DNA of 64,000 bases, from assembly GCF_009914755.1 (NCBI RefSeq), contig NC_060936.1. The stretch is one strand, 5' to 3'. The notes under the pieces are model-generated. The model worked only from the letters and a program-made list of their open reading frames with translations, had not been told where the DNA came from and did no database searches. Within the stretch, counting starts at the first letter, position 1; each line of letters starts with the position of its first letter. A program made the position numbers and the translations under genes. The stretch comes from the human T2T-CHM13v2.0 reference genome, Homo sapiens. This document shows, piece by piece, positions 29,727 through 44,970 of the stretch.

Positions 29727-29879
29727 CTTAAGCCATCCTGCATAGAAGAAGAATTGTAGGAGGGTGAAGATGGGAATGTAAAGATCCAAGTCATGCCCTG
29801 CGTAGCCTTTGGTGGGATCCAAAAACTGGCGTCCAATCAGGCACGCAAAGAAGAAGGTATAGACAGCAAGAGTGACAAC
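29727..29879 (-). CDS. BEST3: BEST3 exon 7 ([19 protein letters not shown]...FFFYAGWLK)
   Basis: ttccag|GTT acceptor, AAG|gtagcc donor, 153 nt, phase 0-0; intron 6 is only 111 nt. Confidence 0.96.
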
Positions 29880-29990
29880 CTGGAACAGAGAGAGACCAGA
29901 GTGAGGGGACAGTGCTGGCCTCCCGCAGCGAAGCTACAGTGCCAAGGTAGGCAAGTAGAAATAAAGAATTCCGTGAAAAGTATTTCTTAC

Positions 29991-30068
29991 CTGGGTGTAA
30001 ACCAGCGGAATCCCAACCCAGTCATAACCGAATAAGAGGCTGCACCAAGAGCGGTATCGATTCATTTC
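29991..30068 (-). CDS. BEST3: BEST3 exon 6 (EMNRYRSWCSLLFGYDWVGIPLVYTQ)
   Basis: cttag|GAA acceptor, CAG|gtaaga donor, 78 nt, phase 0-0. Confidence 0.96.
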
Positions 30069-30309
30069 CTAAGCCAGAAACAGATCAAGCATGATTTACT
30101 AAGATGACGGGTGTGGTAATAAGTACTTACTGGGACTCAGAATGTGAGCATGTCTTTTACAGGACTGACTGTAAGGCTAGTAAACTGATTCCCAAGGATA
30201 CTCCAAAAGGAAAGTTCTAAAAATGACAATCAATCAATGAACATCATTGGAGCAATGAGTTTGTTGACAAGTACATTTGGACATTTTAAAAAATATTAAA
30301 ATAAGTCAT

Positions 30310-30605
30310 GGCCAGGTGTGGTGGCTCATGCCTATAATCCCAGCACTTAGGGAGGCCGAGGCAGGAGGATCTCTTGAGCCCAGTAGTTTGAGATAAGCCT
30401 GGGCAACATAGAAAGACATTGTTTCTACAAAAAATACATAAATTAGCTGGGCTTGGTGGCACACGCCTGTAGTCCCAGTTACTCCAGAGGCTGAGGTGGG
30501 AGAATCACTTGAGTACAAAAGGTCAAGCCTGCAGTGAGCCATGATTGTGCCACTATGCTGCATGTAGCCTGGACAACAGAGTGAGACTCTATTTCCAAAA
30601 AAAAA
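30310..30605 (+). mobile_element. AluJ
   Basis: Full dimer. Confidence 0.9.
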
Positions 30606-31550
30606 GGACTTCATAGAAATATCCCCCCGCCATTCTATTGAACCCATAATTTCCAACATGTATATTGGCCCAAAGTCATGGTGAGAAGGAAATTGTTAAT
30701 GTTTTAAATAAGTAATTTTTATCGATTTTGGTAGGTAATCTGGAAAGCAAATTTTTTGTTTCTCTCATTTTAAAACATGCTTACTGTAGATCTTAGAAAA
30801 GAGATATAATTACTCCTGTTTCCTCCCACAAATGGAGACTATAACACTCATATTGATAGAAAATCTATCTCTGAAGCAGGAAGGACAGGATTCTTTGATT
30901 TTTTTCATCGATTGCACAAAGTTATTATGGAAGACTAGGGAAAAGAGTTCACATCAATTTGGGCGCTATTTTTAAACAATTCACTTCCGTTAGCCTAATC
31001 CAGGGAGGGGACTGTCATGGCACAAATATACCCAGCCCCTATATTAAAAAAATTTTTTTTCAGATGATTTCAGGGTTATTTTGATTAACGAAAATACTAT
31101 TTTACTTACTAGAGTATCGGAAAGGCTGGCTTAACCTCGCGATATTCCAGTTTTGGGGAAATATTAGGCTGGGGAGGTTTATTTCTCCTCCAGGTTTTTT
31201 TCAAGGATCCTGGAGCCAGGTATGGCAAATATACTACATGGGCACCATAGCTTTTCGAGCCCTTGGCGACCCTTGGCTAATCAATCAAGGAATACTTTCT
31301 TACAGAGCCTATTACAAAGCATGATTCTGTTTAAAACGCAGCTTCCAAGGAACCATTTCCAAGCAACCTGAGTTTAACCTGTGTACCACCTCTGTCCTGC
31401 ATGTTGAGAGGTCTGACACTAGTCCAATCTTTCCAGTTCCTCTGGAACCAGGACTGAACAAAGCTGACTCTTCCTGGTCTAACGTGTTATATCCAGGTCC
31501 TTCTTGGTCTCTAATTAGCGTATTTTTCTTATGATTTATGATATACTTAC

Positions 31551-31705
31551 AGTCATCAATGATTGCAGATCAACACTGTCTCTGATTCTACCTTCATTCC
31601 GGGCTTTAGTTGCAAGATTTCCAAACCAGATGAATGGAACCCAATATTTCAGATGAGGAGACTTGAGGTGGTTGAATAATTTCCTTTCATCTGTTGTCAT
31701 AAAAC
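31551..31705 (-). CDS. BEST3: BEST3 exon 5 (FMTTDERKLF...KYWVPFIWF...DSVDLQSLMT)
   Basis: gtaaag|GT acceptor, ACT|gtaagt donor, 155 nt; hand-translated (not in ORF track). Confidence 0.96.
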
Positions 31706-32390
31706 CTTTACAAAAAAATAAAAATCGGTAGGTATACAGACTTAGTTTGACACTAATACGTTACCATATTTCAGCATCTATATAAAAGCATATAATGAGG
31801 GGATATTAAAGAAATATGGAATAAAGCTTCCTGTCTCAAGTAGTTTATACTTGCATTAGAGTTAAGGAATGTGTGTGTGTGAGCGCACATGCACACACAC
31901 ATACATATACATGCACACCCACAAGTTATATAAAATCCCTGATAGAGTAGGCCATTAGGAGGTAAGGAGACATTAAATGTGAACTAGAACATTTGGGGAA
32001 ATTTCTTCTTTAGGTTTTGGTTTAGTCATCTAAAGTTGGGAACCATAATACTTGGAATTGTTACGATTAAAATAATAAAATATGATAACGTATATAAAGC
32101 ACTTGGCATAGTGCCGAACACATGACTCACATGACTTTTCTCCTGATCTCTCCTTTCCAAGTCCTACTTAATCATGTCCTCCTCTCTGAAGCCTTCCTTG
32201 AGTCCTTCTTTCTCTTTCCTGAGGGATTTCTTCCCTTTAAAGTTCCCACCTGGTACTCGCTCTTGGCTTGCATCATAGTAATATTACACATAAATGTTTC
32301 CCTTACTATGACCCTTTTGAAGGGCAAAGAGTATATTAATGTTCATCGTCCCCATAGCATTTTGCACATACTTTAAAATTGTTTCTTTGT

Positions 32391-32879
<489 letters not shown>

Positions 32880-33005
32880 TTATTTAGCATAATGCTTAGC
32901 ACACACTTAGCACCCACAAAGCACTAAGGTATATTATGTGAAACTTTAATTTTCCTCTGCCTTCTCCTCCCTCCCCAAACACCAAGGGAAGGGGAGATTG
33001 AATGA

Positions 33006-33459
<454 letters not shown>

Positions 33460-34154
33460 TCAAATGGTACAAAAATCCCAAAGGGCCAAAGGACTGTTAG
33501 TGGAGAAAGTCTCCTTTTCCCAGCCATAAAATTTCCCTCCCTGGAGGAAATCACGATGATCTGTTTATTGTGTATCTTTCCAGAGAAATCTCATGGATTT
33601 TCATACAGGCCTATTTTTAAAAACACAAATGATTTTATACTACATATGTATCTGCCATTTGCTTCTATTTTTCAGGTATATCTTGAAGATTTAAAAAATT
33701 AATATATAGAGAGCAGCAGCATTCCTTTTAATGGCTGCTCTCTATATATTAACATTAATTAATAGTTAATAGTATATAATATTTTATTTAGCTAGTTCCT
33801 TTTTGAATAGACATTTAAGACATTTAAGTTGTTTTTTATTTTTTTGCTACTAAAAATAATGCTGTAATGACTCTCCTGGTATTTACCCCCTTGGCTCTTT
33901 AAGTAGCTTTTAAATGTTAATTATGATTTAATATAAATAGTGTTTTCTGAATTAAAACTTACTTCTAAAACTGATTTTTATTAGATATTAATTTTTGAGT
34001 TTTTTTTTTCTCAGAAATGCAATCATTTGCTTATGGAATTCTGATACTACATTCAGACGAAAATCAACTTTTGCCCTAATATAACACATTTTTCTATCTT
34101 TAACCATCTGTAATCAGTTAACAAATCTGGTTGTCCTATTTAAGGTAATCCTTT

Positions 34155-34290
34155 TGCCGGGTGCAGTGGCTCATGCCTATAATCCCAGCACTTTGGGAGG
34201 CCCAGGCAGGAGGATTACTTAGGCCAGGAGTTTGTGACCAGCCTGGGCAATATAGCAAGACTTCATCTCTAATAAATAAATTAAAAAAAT
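34155..34290 (+). mobile_element. FLAM / Alu left monomer
   Basis: Monomer with A-rich tail. Confidence 0.85.
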
Positions 34291-34437
34291 CCTCCCTCCT
34301 TATGATGCAGGCCAAATTTTATTTAAGAGGTAGTGTTTCAGTAAAAAAAATGTCAAAGGAGGAGTGAGGTATGCCCATTTTTAGAGTCATCAATTTATAG
34401 AGCTTTGGTGTTCTCTAGATCTTTGATGTGACTTAGG

Positions 34438-35106
<669 letters not shown>

Positions 35107-35393
35107 CCCACTAACTGAAGGTTCTGTTTATTCAGGATTTGAAATAAACAAAGTAACAACTACAAAGCCAATATTTACCAACAGGAGACTAGTTTTAGAT
35201 AACACTTGGGTTATTTATACTAGCTTAGAAGGGTTCTCTCCATGCCTGGAGAATGGTACTCTCCCTGGAAGTGTAAAATAAAAATGAGCTTGGTGATTCT
35301 CTTCTTGTTTCTCAGTGCATCTCAGAGTTGTTGCACAATCTAAAAAATCTGTTTTGTTGTTTGTTTTTTAAAGAATTGCAGAGCATGATTAAA

Positions 35394-35697
35394 TTTTTTT
35401 TTTCAATTTTTAATGGGACAGAGTCTCCGTCTGTCATCCAGACTGGAGTGCAGTGGTGTGATCTTTGGCTCACTGCAGCCTCAACCTCCTGGGCTCAAGC
35501 AATCCTTCCACCTCTGCCTCCTGAGTAGCTGGATCTACTGGCGCATGCCACTATGCTGGGCTAATTTTTGTATTTTTTGTAGAGACTGGGTTTCACCATG
35601 TTGCCAGGCTGGTCTTGAACTTCCTGGGCTCAAGTGATCTGCCCACCTTGGCCTCCCAAAGTGCTGGGATTACAGCTATGTGCCACTGTGCCTGGCC
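35394..35697 (-). mobile_element. AluJ
   Basis: Full dimer. Confidence 0.9.
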
Positions 35698-36210
35698 AGT
35701 TAAATCTTATTGGATGAAGTTAATAGATAAACTTGATCTGTCTTGGCTTTATGCTTAAAGACTTGCTGTAGCCTATTCTCACATATTCCATATCAATTGT
35801 CTAACAGTTATATTCTTGAGACATATAGTGCAATTTTAAAAAATGATCTCATTTATATATTGGCTTCAATCTCTGTCACTTGACCAAAGAATAACTTTAT
35901 CTCTGGTTATTTTTTATTCAGAAGCATGGATCAAATTGTGCTAGCAAGTCCTTTCTTAGCTTCTAAGCAGAAAGCAAATATGCAGAGTGAGGGTTTATTT
36001 GGTGCAAACACTAAAGCAAGAGATTGAAAGAGGACAAGTAGAGCAAGAAGAGCTGGTGATTTTGTTTTTAGCACAAATTTATTGAGTATTTTGCTGGGTG
36101 CTGTGAAAGATGAATGACAATCACTGAGACATTAATGTATCCTCTAAGAATATATAAGCAGAATAATTTTTGTTATTCCTTGCAGGGTCACACATCTTAC
36201 TTATCCAAAG

Positions 36211-36658
36211 TGTGAAAGGAAAATATCTTGGGTCCCCAAAATCACTAAGCTAAAGGGAAAAGTCAAGTTGGGAACTGCTTACGGCATACATGCCTCCCAT
36301 TCTATTAAAGTCATTGCTCCATTCACTGAGATAAATGCATATCTGATTGCCTCCTTTGGAGAGACTAATCAGAAACCCAGAAGAATGCAACCATTTGTCT
36401 CTTACCTACCTATGACCCGGAAGCCCCCTCCCCACTTTGAGTCATCTCTGGCTTTTCCAGACTGAACCAATGTTTATCTTACATATGTTGATCGATGTCT
36501 CATGTCTTCCTACAATGCATAAAACCAAACTGTTCTGACCGCTTTGGGCACACGTCATCAGGACCACCTGAGGCTGTGTCACGGGTGCACATCCTCAACC
36601 TTGGCAAAATAAACTTTCTAAATTAACTGAGACCTGTCTCAGATTTTGGGGGTTCACA
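36211..36658 (+). mobile_element. Solo ERV1 LTR (MER4A1-like), antisense to BEST3
   Basis: TGTGAA...TTCACA termini, 4-bp TSD aaag, internal AATAAA near 36608. Confidence 0.85.
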
Positions 36659-37373
36659 AAAGTAACTCCACCTTTGGAAATCAAAGTCGGTCAACTGAAA
36701 GAAAATCTCTAGGTTGTTGGTCAAGTCCATTCCAAAAGTATTTGTTATGAAATGGAATGTCACCCTCATCAGGACTTCAAGCCATTTTAAGCAGAGACCA
36801 ATATTTTTTTCAGAATATGATCATTATTGTCATTGCTGAGGCTGTGCTAATTATAGTTACTGATTTGCTACAGTTCGGCAACACTCTGAGTGGGCTTGTC
36901 CTCCCACCACTTGGTTCCCTGCACGTGTCTGTCTCCATGCCATGCTCTCCTCAGGCCCCATCACACCCCTGGCATAGCTATTTTATCCTGCCGTTGCATC
37001 TGCCTACAGTTTCTCTTGCTATCACTTTTTCTTCTGGCTGGCTCAGCTCTGCTCAGCAATTTTCATATTGTTTATCCCCAAATCCCTCCTTCATCTTTCT
37101 AATCAGAGTAAAATCTATCTCTCAATATAGATACATGTTTGCATTTACTCCCAATTGAGTTGTGGTTTGATGGAGCAGGATCTGCTACTTTAAGACAAAA
37201 TTTTATTGCCCTCGAGCCAAAGGATTAATTACATCCATTGATAGACAAAATTCCAGTCATCATAGAGATTCTGCCTGCTGTACAGTTGCTCTATTTTTCC
37301 TTGATTGAAGTTGAGGCAGATGTCTTTTGCCTTTCAAGCAGAGTATTCAAACGAGGCTCTATTAGCAGAGGAA

Positions 37374-37429
37374 CTAAAAGCTCTGCATCTCAAAACTTGA
37401 AGGCAGAATGGGTTTCATGCCAGTTCTCT
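37374..37429 (-). CDS. BEST3: Candidate alternative terminal exon after exon 4 (ERTGMKPILPSSFEMQSF*)
   Basis: ctctctttcag|AG acceptor; read in phase 1; TAG at 37374-37376; AATAAA at 37202-37207. Confidence 0.65.
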
Positions 37430-37804
37430 CTGAAAGAGAGAGTTGTGTATTCAGCATCTGAGCCCTTCTCCAAGGGATGACACTTTTTCAGGAAGAGTGC
37501 AACGTGCCTGGCTTGTTTTTATCTCTGTGTTTTCCAAATGAATGGAATGAAGCCACCAGCTTCAGCTACAGCTGTCCTTTCCATTCAATGGAAGAGGTTT
37601 AGAAATCCCTGTCAATTGGGAAAATCAAGGGGGGAGCAAAATGAGATTGAGAGAGGGATGAAATCACATTGCAACAACATCATGCAGGGCAGGATGTCAA
37701 CCAGGTTTTTTCGTTTGTTTGTTTTTTTACCATAAACCATAGTAAGATATATGTTGTTCACAAAACAGTTATTGGCCCTGCCACATGATGTGCTTTCTGC
37801 TGTT

Positions 37805-37864
37805 CTATTCTATTCTATTCTATTCTATTCTATTCTATTCTATTCTATTCTATTCTATTCTATT
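37805..37864. repeat. (CTATT)12 pure pentanucleotide microsatellite
   Basis: Direct count. Confidence 0.95.
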
Positions 37865-38262
37865 GTTCTCCATTCCATTCCACTAAAAATGCTGGTTACA
37901 ACCCGTTAACCTGATTTAAGAATCCCATAATGAGTTACAAACCACAGCTGGAAAAGCCTGAAATAGGCTACGGTGGAGTAAAATCAGTTTCTGGGAGTAG
38001 CAATAAGGAATAGAGACAGACACTCCTCTATTATATTGATATGAGCAAATCTCTAGTTACCCATATCCTTGTCCATAAATTAGTATCCCATCTGGTAATT
38101 CACTGCCTTCTCCATAATCACACACAAGAAATAACATACAAAGAAATCAGTGCTTTTAAATCCTCATCTGCACAGTGGCCCAGAATTTTATTTGCCCTGG
38201 GTAGAATAGATCTGAGGCAATTTGCAGATGAAATCGGAGGAATTAATTGATGTGTTCTAGTG

Positions 38263-38645
38263 CAGCTGTTCCTAAACTCTGCTATACATTACAATGGTCT
38301 GGGGAGTTTTGAAAAATCCTGATGCCCAGGTTGCTCTACATACCTAATGAATCCTAATATCTGAGAATGGGAGTCAGGCGTCAGAATTTTTAAAAGATCA
38401 CCAGAGATTCCAACATGCAGCAAAGTTTAGGTTGAACAACTGCCCTAGTGCTGATCATTTCAGCATTCTCAGTCTGGGTCAAACATCCTGCAGTGCTTCT
38501 AGGGAGCCTGTTTAAAATGTCAATTTCTAGGTCCTAAGCCCTAGATCTAGATTCTGATTCCCTAGGTTGCCTAGGAATCTGCAGTTTAAATAAGCACCCT
38601 GGCTAATCAGTGAATGTGGTCTGCAACCATACTTTGAGAAACATT
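38263..38645. mobile_element. Two adjacent MER5-family MITEs
   Basis: cagctgttcctaaactc...gaacaactg followed by ...atactttgagaaacattg. Confidence 0.7.
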
Positions 38646-39318
38646 GAGTGGATAGCCTTTATTTAACTCCTGAGACAGAAATGTGGGGGGAACCTTCAAA
38701 CACTGACCAACCGACACTGCCTATCCATGCTATTAATTCAAGAAGGGCTAGTTTTGCATGCACTTTCTCTCATGTGCAGAGCAACTACACATAGGTGAGT
38801 CAAGTTTCACTCACAGGATGACATTCTATCTGTTCCGGGCTCATCATGTGAGACTACAGAGGGGTGACTTACTCAGCCTCTAAAAGTTCAGCCAACAGAG
38901 GAAAAACTGGCACAGCTGTGAATACCACTATCCCCTTGGCTCTCACTCTTGTAACACAAGGCAGTGGAGATTCAGAGACCAAGGAACCCCAGAGCTGTGT
39001 AATGGATCAGGAAAAAAAAAAAAAAAAAAAACAGCCCACCCAGGGCAGAAATGTTATACCAGATTCAATTAATTTTGTGAATGTTACATAATATGTTATA
39101 TAAAAGTCATTTTAGTTTACCTAGTGAGAGAGGAGAAGATCACAGATTAAATGATCTGTCTGTGCCAGAAACGCAAATGTGGTTCTAACAGTATTAATTC
39201 CATGTTAGAGAAAAGCTTGCTTGTTTGAATAATATTATTGTTTTCCTTGAGTTTGTACATTAGTCCCAAAAAACAGCCTCAAGAAAACAGGACCTTCAAC
39301 AGAGATAAAAGAAAATAT

Positions 39319-39655
39319 GCTGGCTGGGCTCGGTGGCTCACGCCTGTAATCCCAGTAATTTGAGAGGCCGAGGTGGGATCACTTGAGGCCAGGAGTTCGA
39401 GACCAGCCTGGCCAATATGGTGAAACCCTGTCTCTACTAAAAATACAAAAATTAGCCGGGTGTGGTGGCCTGTGCCTGTAATCCCAGCTACTTGGGCAGC
39501 TGAGGCAGAAGAAGCACTTGAACTGGGGAGGCAGAGGTTGCAGTGAGCCAAGATTTCAACACTATACTCCAGCCTGGGCAACAGAGCAAGATTCTGCCTC
39601 AAAAAAACAAAAAAAAAAAAAAAAAAGAAAGAAAGAAAAGAAAAAAAGAAAGAAG
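39319..39655 (+). mobile_element. Alu (AluS-like)
   Basis: TSD gaaaatatgct; GAAA-expanded tail. Confidence 0.95.
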
Positions 39656-40178
39656 GAAAATATGCTGACCAACAGCTCTGGGAATGGGCTGACTAGCCTG
39701 TAAGAATAGGCTGATGGCACCTGCAGAAGGTCGCAAAACTTTCACCAAGAAAGCAATGATTAACTGCCCAGCTGACTGAAACTGCTCACATTTCACAAGA
39801 CTGTTTTGATCTTCATTTCTCTTAATTTCCCTTAGAAATCCTTTACCTAGAGGCACAATTCTGAAAGGTGGCCTTTCAACCCAGTTCACTGCCTTCCCCT
39901 GGTTGCTGACTTCTCAAATAAAGCTAACGTTCCTTTTACCAAAGTTCCTGAGTTGTTTGGCTTTTAAGCAGTAAGTGACCCAGACCTGAGTTCCATTTAT
40001 AGGGCTAGACTTAGAGCCAGAGCATCTGAAGTTAGAACTTTTATCTCAACATCCATTGACAGCTGGTGGCTTGCTTGGTTATATTAATGTCTGTTAACCA
40101 TAAGTGTCACTGAAAATTCCAGTGGAGTCTCATCAGGCTCCCTGTAGTCATAGAAGACAGTCAAGAATCTTTACATTA

Positions 40179-40511
<333 letters not shown>

Positions 40512-41605
40512 GACTCCAAGGCTTTAAGAAAATTAAAGGGTGTTTTTTTCCTCAGAGGTTACTGTCTTATAACTACTCTTATGAACTACTAAATACAGAC
40601 AGAAACTATTTATTTTAGAGAGAGAGAATTGCAATGCAGAGATGTAAAGTTTAACTGTAAATATATTTGTGTTTGTTTATGACAATGATTAATTTAAGAT
40701 AAGATTTGTAGTAAATTTTACTAATCCTTGAGTATGGGGACCATATTTGTTCTGCTTATAAGGGTAGTCCCAGTGCCCAGCACAGTGCCTGGCATATATT
40801 GTACACACAATAAACCTTTGTTGCATGAGCAAAGGCGTAATAGTTCTAGCACCAGCTTGGTAATGTTTCTTTAAGAGGAATGTATATAATTTCCTATTAC
40901 ATATCATTGTGCTTCTGGTAAGTAATTTTGAAGATAACTACTTTCCTCTCCTGATGCTTGTAAATACTAGATAAGATGTTTTGATTCAGTATGAGACCAT
41001 ACTATATGCACACAACTAAGGTCATCACTTGACTCAGCCAGGATCTGGAATTGTGCATCTGACTTGACTTGGAATGAATGACATCTCCCAGGGCAGGTGA
41101 TTGGAATGACTGGAATTTTCCAGAGCAGATTTGTAGCCAATAGGCAAAAGTAACAGAGACTGTTGCAGTTTCTCTGATAAATAACTGATCACAGACCAGT
41201 TCAGGGACTTTTCAGCATAATAGACATTATTCCGAATTCCACTGTTGTATTTTTATTTTCATATAAGCAGAAACAAAAACTTTTTTATTTTTAATTTGAG
41301 AAATTTAACCTGTAGCATCAAATTATATATATTTCCCCAGCAGCATGTGTTTTGGTCTTGTTATTTTTCAGAATAATGTAACTTGACTGTCCAACTTAAA
41401 AGCAAGAAAAGTTCAAGGATGAGCAGGTATGTGACCTAGTTCAACCAGCGCCAGCCAAGGAATTGCCAGATGCTTCAGAAGGAGGTGCTGGTCCTCACTC
41501 TTGGCCCTCTCGCTTATTTCCTTCTGGCCAGCACTGAATCTATGGAGGCAAAAACCCTTGCAGAAGAAAGAGAAGCTGGAGGGAAACTGATTGCCTCAAA
41601 GCCCA

Positions 41606-41790
41606 TTGCTTCCCAGAGCACAAGCCAGGGACCACCAGCCTCAGAGTCTCCAGGAGTTTGTTCAACTCATTGATTCCTGGAGCCCATTCCAGACCTACTG
41701 AGTCAGAATCTCTGGGAGTGGTATCGTGGGATCCAAATTTTTAGCAATATTGATTTTAACAATATGTAATGCACCCTGAAGTTTGAGAAC
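41606..41790. mobile_element. MER5B-like MITE
   Basis: ccagacctactgagtcagaatctctggg...aagtttgagaac. Confidence 0.75.
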
Positions 41791-44004
41791 ATGTACTTTT
41801 TCTTACAGGTGATTTTATGTAGAGAATTCAACTGACAAGAAGGTCCCTCGTGCCCTTAACCTTGTCCCCACCCCTTTGGGGCCCTCAGTGCTTTACTTAC
41901 CAGTCCTCTCTGCCCTCAGGCAGGAGCAGGTGCTCCGGCTTTGGACTCAGGGAATCTGCCAAACATTTTCCGCCATCCCTGAACTTCCTGTTCTTCCCAG
42001 AAACCTTGGCACAGGCAAAGGACAGTCAGAGAGTGGCGGAGGCATATGCCCAGTTGGAAGAACTTGGAAGCAGACCCCATGTGCAGACTCTGAGTCAGCC
42101 CTCTCTGCTGGGGAAAGCAGCAGGAAGTTCAGTGAGTCAGCGCTGCCGGTGACAGCGGGTGCCGGCCTGGGGCAGCCAGGAAGACAGGCCTCCGAAGCGT
42201 CTCTCCTGGCTTAGAGGATAGTGGCTTGGAACCTTTGCCCTGCCGCCTAACACACAATGCTTGCTTATAGTATGGTCTTATACTGAATCAAAACATCTTA
42301 TCCAGTATTTACAAGCACCAAGAGAAGAAAGTAGTTATCTTCAAAATTACTTACCAGAAGCACAATATATTCCTGTGGGGACAAGATGTACCTACTACCT
42401 CTTTTCTGCCTTTTGAGAAAATACTTAGGAATTAATGAGAGCAACTGGGACCTTTTCACTGAGATAATCAGTGATTGTGTCACAGGACCCTTGGAAAGGC
42501 TTTCACCTCATCACAGCTCCTCTGTCAATTCTCTTCTCCCTTCATCCGCTTCAGACAAACCAACCAAAAAGTTTAAGTCAGAACAATGCTTGTTACATCC
42601 AAGCAGGTGGAATTCAGATCCCTTATACAGTAGCCTCCCACCAGACTGCTTCCTCAAAGCTCTTCTTTGTAATTCATGACCCTCAAGCTGAAACCTCGAA
42701 TCCATCCTTTCTTAATTGCTGCTGCTTTGTTATCAGTAATGAGTTGGTGGTTGCCAAAGCCTTTTGCCCCAGGAGTGAGAAAAAGGGTTTAAAAAATAAG
42801 CATCCCAGAAAAGATGCAATACTTCTCAAACTTTGGGGTACTAAAAAAACCAACACAGGAGCATGTTTCACTGCAGATTCCTAGGCCGTACATCCAAAGG
42901 TTCTATTAGGTTCTATAATAATTCAGAGGGACTGACGTGGGTGGGACCCAGGAATATGCATTTTAAATAAATAAACTCAAGTTATTCAAGATGTAGAGGG
43001 CCTGTGGGTCTGTGGATCACTCCTAGAGACTAGTTTAAATGTACATCCAGAAGTGAAGGACTCATTTTGAGATTCCCTTGGAATGGCAGAAACATTGGTA
43101 GCTGAGCAGATAGAAGTATTTCAGTATTCCACATGCCTCGGAAAGGGAAAAGTCTGAATGCAAGTACATGGCAGACATCTGTACAAGTTTGAGAGGGAGT
43201 GGGCCTTTGTATTCTGAAAAATACACTCAAAGGAAATGAAATCACGTCATTTTCCTATTTGCCTCCCTATATCTACTTGCCCCTCAGACCTGAGCACAGC
43301 TCAGTCCTCGGAGCTCATGTCTGACCAGAGGCCCCAGAGGCCTCTCCATTGCCAGCCAACCTGGCTTCTTCCTGGTGTGCTTTTAATATGAAGGTGACAC
43401 TAAGAAGATGAGATTTGCTTTGAGGATTGGACCCGGCATCTGATTCCTGTCAGAATGCACTCTCTTCATTTCAAGGATGCGTCAGAACTAGAGAAATATC
43501 ACCTCTGTTCATCCAAGTAAACTTTAGCTCATCAACTTGGAATAGGTCATACGTTTCTTGTTTGTTTTTAGGTCTTTCTTAGAGACGGTAATTCTTAATC
43601 TATTTGTTCCTGGAGACATTAAGGTAAGATAAAATTGAGCTGTCTAGTAGCATTTTTAACTAGGTCATTCTGAAACAGTATTCTACTTTCATATTTGGAG
43701 GAAGGATGGCAATTAATTTTTTTTTAAAGTTCCTACTGATTTTACATTATCATATACCTGTACATGTGCCAGGCCTTCAGACCCTCCCCCTGAATCCCCC
43801 TTAACCAACTCCTGGCACCCATTACTTTCTCATATCTCACTCTGCATCTCTAACAACATCATCTACACCCTTCTTCCTTATTTCAACCTTGACATTCACA
43901 ACCTCTTGATCAAAGTAGATAAAAAAGACCTGGGATATTATATTAATAACAAGTCTTCTAAAGTGGCTACTGTGCTATGTTATGCTGTTGTTTGAGATGT
44001 AATT

Positions 44005-44258
44005 TCATTACAATGGCAAGAAATTATGCAGCACTTACTGTGTGCCAGGAATGCTCTAAACATTTTGCAAATGCTAACTTTTTTAATCCTCATAACAAGC
44101 CTATGGGATATATGAGGTAGGTGCTATTATAAGTTACTTTAAGTCCATTTTATGGATAAGGAAACTGAGGAACAGAATGGTTAACTAACTCAGACAAAGT
44201 CATGTAGCTAGTAAGCTGTGAGATAAAGTTTCAAACCCTTACTCCGTGTTCTTAATCA
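44005..44258 (-). mobile_element. MIR
   Basis: ccattttatggataaggaaactgagg core. Confidence 0.8.
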
Positions 44259-44259
44259 T

Positions 44260-44970
<711 letters not shown>

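Noticed and set aside
39690-40000. Possible ERVL-type LTR 3' fragment
   Set aside because: Has an LTR-like aataaagc...cctgagttc ending but is too degraded to assign by eye.
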